Assembly (NCBI GenBank): GCA_028023455.1
Contig: JAQFVV010000003.1
Coordinates: forward strand, 1 to 64,000
Length of the DNA: 64,000 nt
Direction of reading: 5' to 3'
Source: Epiperipatus broadwayi
Lineage: Eukaryota > Animalia > Onychophora
Below, piece by piece: positions 63,400-64,000 of this stretch (positions are counted from its first letter, which is position 1; each line of letters starts with the position of its first letter). The translations under genes and the position numbers were made by a program. The notes beneath the pieces are model-generated. The model saw only the letters and a program-made list of their open reading frames with translations. It did no database searches and was not told the origin of the DNA.

Positions 63400-64000
63400 C
63401 TTAAAAATATTTTTTCCTGATGTGGAATTATCCATATATTAATACTGTTAAAATAGTGGTTTTGTATTGTTGACCCAGGGCTGAATTTTCCCCAACAGAA
63501 ATTCATATTTAATTTGACCTGTTAACATATATATCCTGATCTTTTTGAATCGTTAATGCAGAGCATTTTTGCTCACAGATAGATTACTTGTATATCATAT
63601 TTTTAAATAATGAAAATTTGCTTGAAAAAAACAACAACTTCTTGGATTATAATCAGCCACAACTTCCTGGATTATTGCTTTGCTATGAATTAATAATTCT
63701 AATTACTATTGAAAAATCCATTATTTCATATAATGGAAAAAACTGCAAGGTCTTATTTTGTTAAAAACGAAGTTTTTATTAACCTCAGCATTATTCAGTA
63801 TAAATTATAAGCTAAAAATGTTTGTAAAATAATTATGCTAGATTCTACCAGGGTATTTTCCTCAATTTAAACTACAAACTAAACAAAAACTATCTGGGAC
63901 TTTAAGCAAAAAATGTATTACCATCAATCATTTAATATTTTAAAGCATCAGAAGCAGATTTACAATATAATGAGTTTTTTTATATACAGATCAAATCTTG

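Noticed and set aside
63400-63660. 3' end and TSD of L1 #3
   Set aside because: No match to the sequence upstream of 60190 was found by eye, so the boundary is left undefined.

Overview
AT-rich, CpG-depleted eukaryotic DNA, probably a large intron or intergenic stretch of an invertebrate (inference). I recognise no host protein-coding gene, rRNA, intact tRNA or CRISPR array. The window is dominated by retroelements. It holds the 3' end of a Ty3/Gypsy element (integrase plus probable 3' LTR, 1-~2.7 kb) and three mutually divergent L1/Tx1-type LINEs: two full length with exact target-site duplications (4619-10775 and 14244-19390) and one ORF2-only copy (from 60190). It also holds a complete 1.73-kb non-autonomous mini-LTR element with a 5-bp TSD, tRNA-Ser PBS and PPT (34177-35905, minus), two decayed RTE-clade LINE pieces, a Penelope-like GIY-YIG remnant, tRNA-derived SINE-like families, long microsatellites and many fold-back inverted repeats. 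The most notable observations are: (1) the mini-LTR with a 29-bp triplicated PBS and a hairpin over its PPT/U3 junction; (2) both full-length L1s share a 5' architecture (housekeeping TF motif at the first bases, then uATG plus intron signals) and end without poly(A); (3) a repeat-hairpin-repeat-hairpin-repeat array at 49.65-50.1 kb; (4) a clear CpG-deamination signature implying TE methylation. All alignments and counts were done by eye, and no database searches were run.
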